Assembly: GCA_051362555.1 (NCBI GenBank)
Contig: CM120648.1
Location: forward strand, 18,162,587-18,226,586
Reading direction: 5' to 3'
Origin: Lingula anatina
Lineage: Eukaryota; Animalia; Brachiopoda
Length of the DNA: 64,000 nucleotides
This document shows, in pieces, positions 61,422-64,000 of the stretch. The notes under the pieces are model-generated. The model did no database searches and had not been told where the DNA came from. It saw only the letters and a program-made list of their open reading frames with translations. A program made the translations under genes and the position numbers. The stretch's first letter is position 1; each line of letters begins with the position of its first letter.

Positions 61422-63265
61422 GAAGTATCCCAGAGGTTGTGGTGTTCATTGCCACACAGCATTTGGAAATGATGGGCGCTTTTGTTATGATAATTGCACG
61501 GCAAAAGGAATAATCCTGGTCCCATTCATGCTATTCAAGCCTAGAATAAATAATAGAGTTTTTAAAAGAATATCATAAACAAATTCAAACTACATTTATC
61601 AATTGCTCACACACATACACACTGAAATTAATCATAATTTATTGCAATCTTTGTAATAGGTAAACTGTAACAATCAATCTTTACCTTAAACTGCACTATT
61701 TATACTTAATTCATAACAGTCATTATTAAAAAAACCTTTGAAACTGAACTTTGGGCAAAGTTGCACACCCATCATAATTCAAAAACCCAATTTGAATCAA
61801 GGCATGAAAATATTAGAAAACACATGCAAGTCAGAGCACCACATCACTATCATATGCCCTCATCATTGAAGAGCCTGTTTCATTTAATGTACATACACAC
61901 ATACATATATTATTCACCTTTTTTAAACTTGCATTTTTATGACAAGCTTCTCCTCAAAACCCCCAACCAATGCAATAAAACTTATTTTGTGTTTACGTTT
62001 TTTTTTCTAAAAAAATTAACACAATTGATACATTTAACCCCCCCCCCCCCCGCCCCCAGCAAAAAAGACATAATTTACTATTCATATATTTCAAAACATG
62101 CCTATGGTTAGTTTACAATACTGTATCTTTCACTACTACTGGTACCAATGCCCCCCCCCCCCCCCTCCCCACCGCATTGCAAACAAGTACTGGTACACCA
62201 CGATATGCACATACGTGTATGCAGGTTGGATGACAATGTTATTTCGCAATCCACTTCATCCTTTTCACATTAAAACACGAAGAAATTGCATGAGAAGCCA
62301 AGATTCAAACATTTCACTTATACGGTGATATTCATTCCATGCATGAGACCAGAAAGCCACTGCCATCACTCGATCAACTAAATGATAGGTACCTGGCACG
62401 GTGAATATACAGCTTGTTGGAAATGTTGAAATTCTACAAATTACAGGCCATCGCACATCTTAAAAATTTGATATGTTAAAAAAATATTGCCAAACTATGA
62501 AAAAACAGGAACAGATAAAGAAAAAAACCCTTAAGCTGCATTTGGCACAGTTCAAAAGTCAATGTTTACAATGACGTTTTGTGTGCGGCCATTTTGCTAA
62601 TCGCCAGTAACTTTAGAGAATACTCAGTGAAATCGATACACGAATACTTATTCGGTGTATAAAATGTAACTTAAGCATATACTGTATTGTTCCATCAAAT
62701 TCATTAGTATTTAAATCTACTGTTCATTCCACAAACACATGTACAACTTACCTGTCTCTATGCCTTCGTCTCCCGCCAAATTTTTTTGGGGTTACCACTC
62801 CACGTTTTGAAAACGAGGCCAAATCTAATATTTTCCAAAATAACCGTCAAATCAGCCAGTGGCTCCCGGGCTGCATACCATGATTCTTCCTCTTTTTCTC
62901 ATTATTATTTTTATAGCACAATCCTTATTCCTTGCAGATACCTGTTTTAAAATTGACATTCTACTGGCACCTGAACTCGCTGTGTCATCTTTTATCCACT
63001 GCTCTGTGATGCCGTTTCGTTTCTCGTGGCCTGTGATGCCGTTGCCGCCATTCTGTGTCCTGTCCTGGCCTTTCTCCTAAGCGAGTCAGTGCTGTATGTG
63101 ATAAATAGGCGCCATTTTCGACCGTCCATACACAAGGATGTATCAGAAAGAGATTGTGAGTTAATTTGACAAAGAAAGAGATATGATCCGACCGACTTGT
63201 AGGTATATGGAGCAAGTGTTTATGTTACTGTGATCTCCAAGCTGCAGCACCAGAAGTGAACATAA

Positions 63266-64000
63266 AGTTTAGCAATCGCTGACAGAAATATTACAGGATC
63301 TACTGTCGGAATGGAAGCCATGTTAGGGCAGTCTAGACGAGGTGTAAATCCAAGATCAGGACAGGTGACAGTACAGACACAACCTCCATTAGCTGAACAG
63401 GAAACAAATCCAACATCAGCTCCACATCCTCCTGTTTTCTTAGACAAGGCAGAATGTGTGCGTTCCTTCAGTGCTAAACTGGGAGATGATAGAGGAATAA
63501 TCATATACATAACTGGGTTAGCCATAGATAAGGAACACATGTTTGTTGTGGATAATGAAAACAACAGAACAAAAGTATTCACACATAAAGGACAATTTAA
63601 GTTTGATATTAAAGTAAACTATCCATATGATGTGGCTGTGTCACAGACTGGTCACCTGTATATAACATCAGAGGGTGACAGATGTGTCCAAGTGTACTCC
63701 ACCAGAGGTCAGCAGGTGACAACCATGGGTCAGGGTCTACTGGAGGAACCACATGGTATTACACTGAACAGACAAGGTCATGTGATGGTTTGTGACGGAG
63801 GAAAGAAGACCATCTTCACATTCCATGCAGACAGTGGACAGCTCCTGAACACTATTCCACTCAGTATGTGTAGAGACCCATATGACATCACAGTGAACAG
63901 TGTGAATGATAACATTGTAATATCAGACTGGGGGGGATACTGTGTACATGTGCTTTCACCTACTGGTGATCATCTGTACCAGTATGACATCAGAGAAGGC
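63266..64000 (+). CDS. NHL-repeat beta-propeller region of a TRIM2/3-like protein, open to the window end
   Basis: 245 open codons: ITGLAID...FVVD..NNRTKVF..KGQF; YPYDVAVSQTGHLYITS; EPHGITLNRQGHVMVCD; DPYDITVNS.NDNIVISD; possible frameshift just upstream (~63265). Confidence 0.88.

Noticed and set aside
63220-63582. 120-aa minus-strand ORF
   Set aside because: Antisense to the NHL-repeat coding region

Overview
Eukaryotic (animal, probably marine invertebrate) genomic DNA, AT-rich and dominated by transposons; no prokaryotic-type operons or CRISPR. Host-gene content: the last three coding exons of DIS3L2 on the minus strand (4744-6666), whose splice sites are amplified in tandem arrays, plus three dispersed TRIM/RING-NHL pieces on the plus strand (11.4 kb, 27.2 kb, 63.3-64.0 kb). 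1-33 kb is a mosaic of decayed Tc1 elements, Harbinger-type MITEs, LINE and SINE fragments, minisatellites and a Kolobok-like THAP element. 33.9-61.4 kb is one nested 'Russian doll'. An env-bearing Ty3/Gypsy element B (33899-61421) uses an in-frame UAG between gag and pol. Its 3' LTR was hit by a second, unrelated and near-intact env-bearing Gypsy A (34000-42815), which has a UUUAAAC -1 frameshift site. B's pol was hit by a CACTG-terminated DNA transposon (46514-57040) that carries a second copy of itself (49979-55202); each copy carries a 215-bp MITE and an array of 160-bp units that look like repeated 33-nt micro-exons. Both env genes have a furin site and fusion peptide of the F-protein (errantivirus/baculovirus-F-like) type. 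All calls were made by eye, without database searches.
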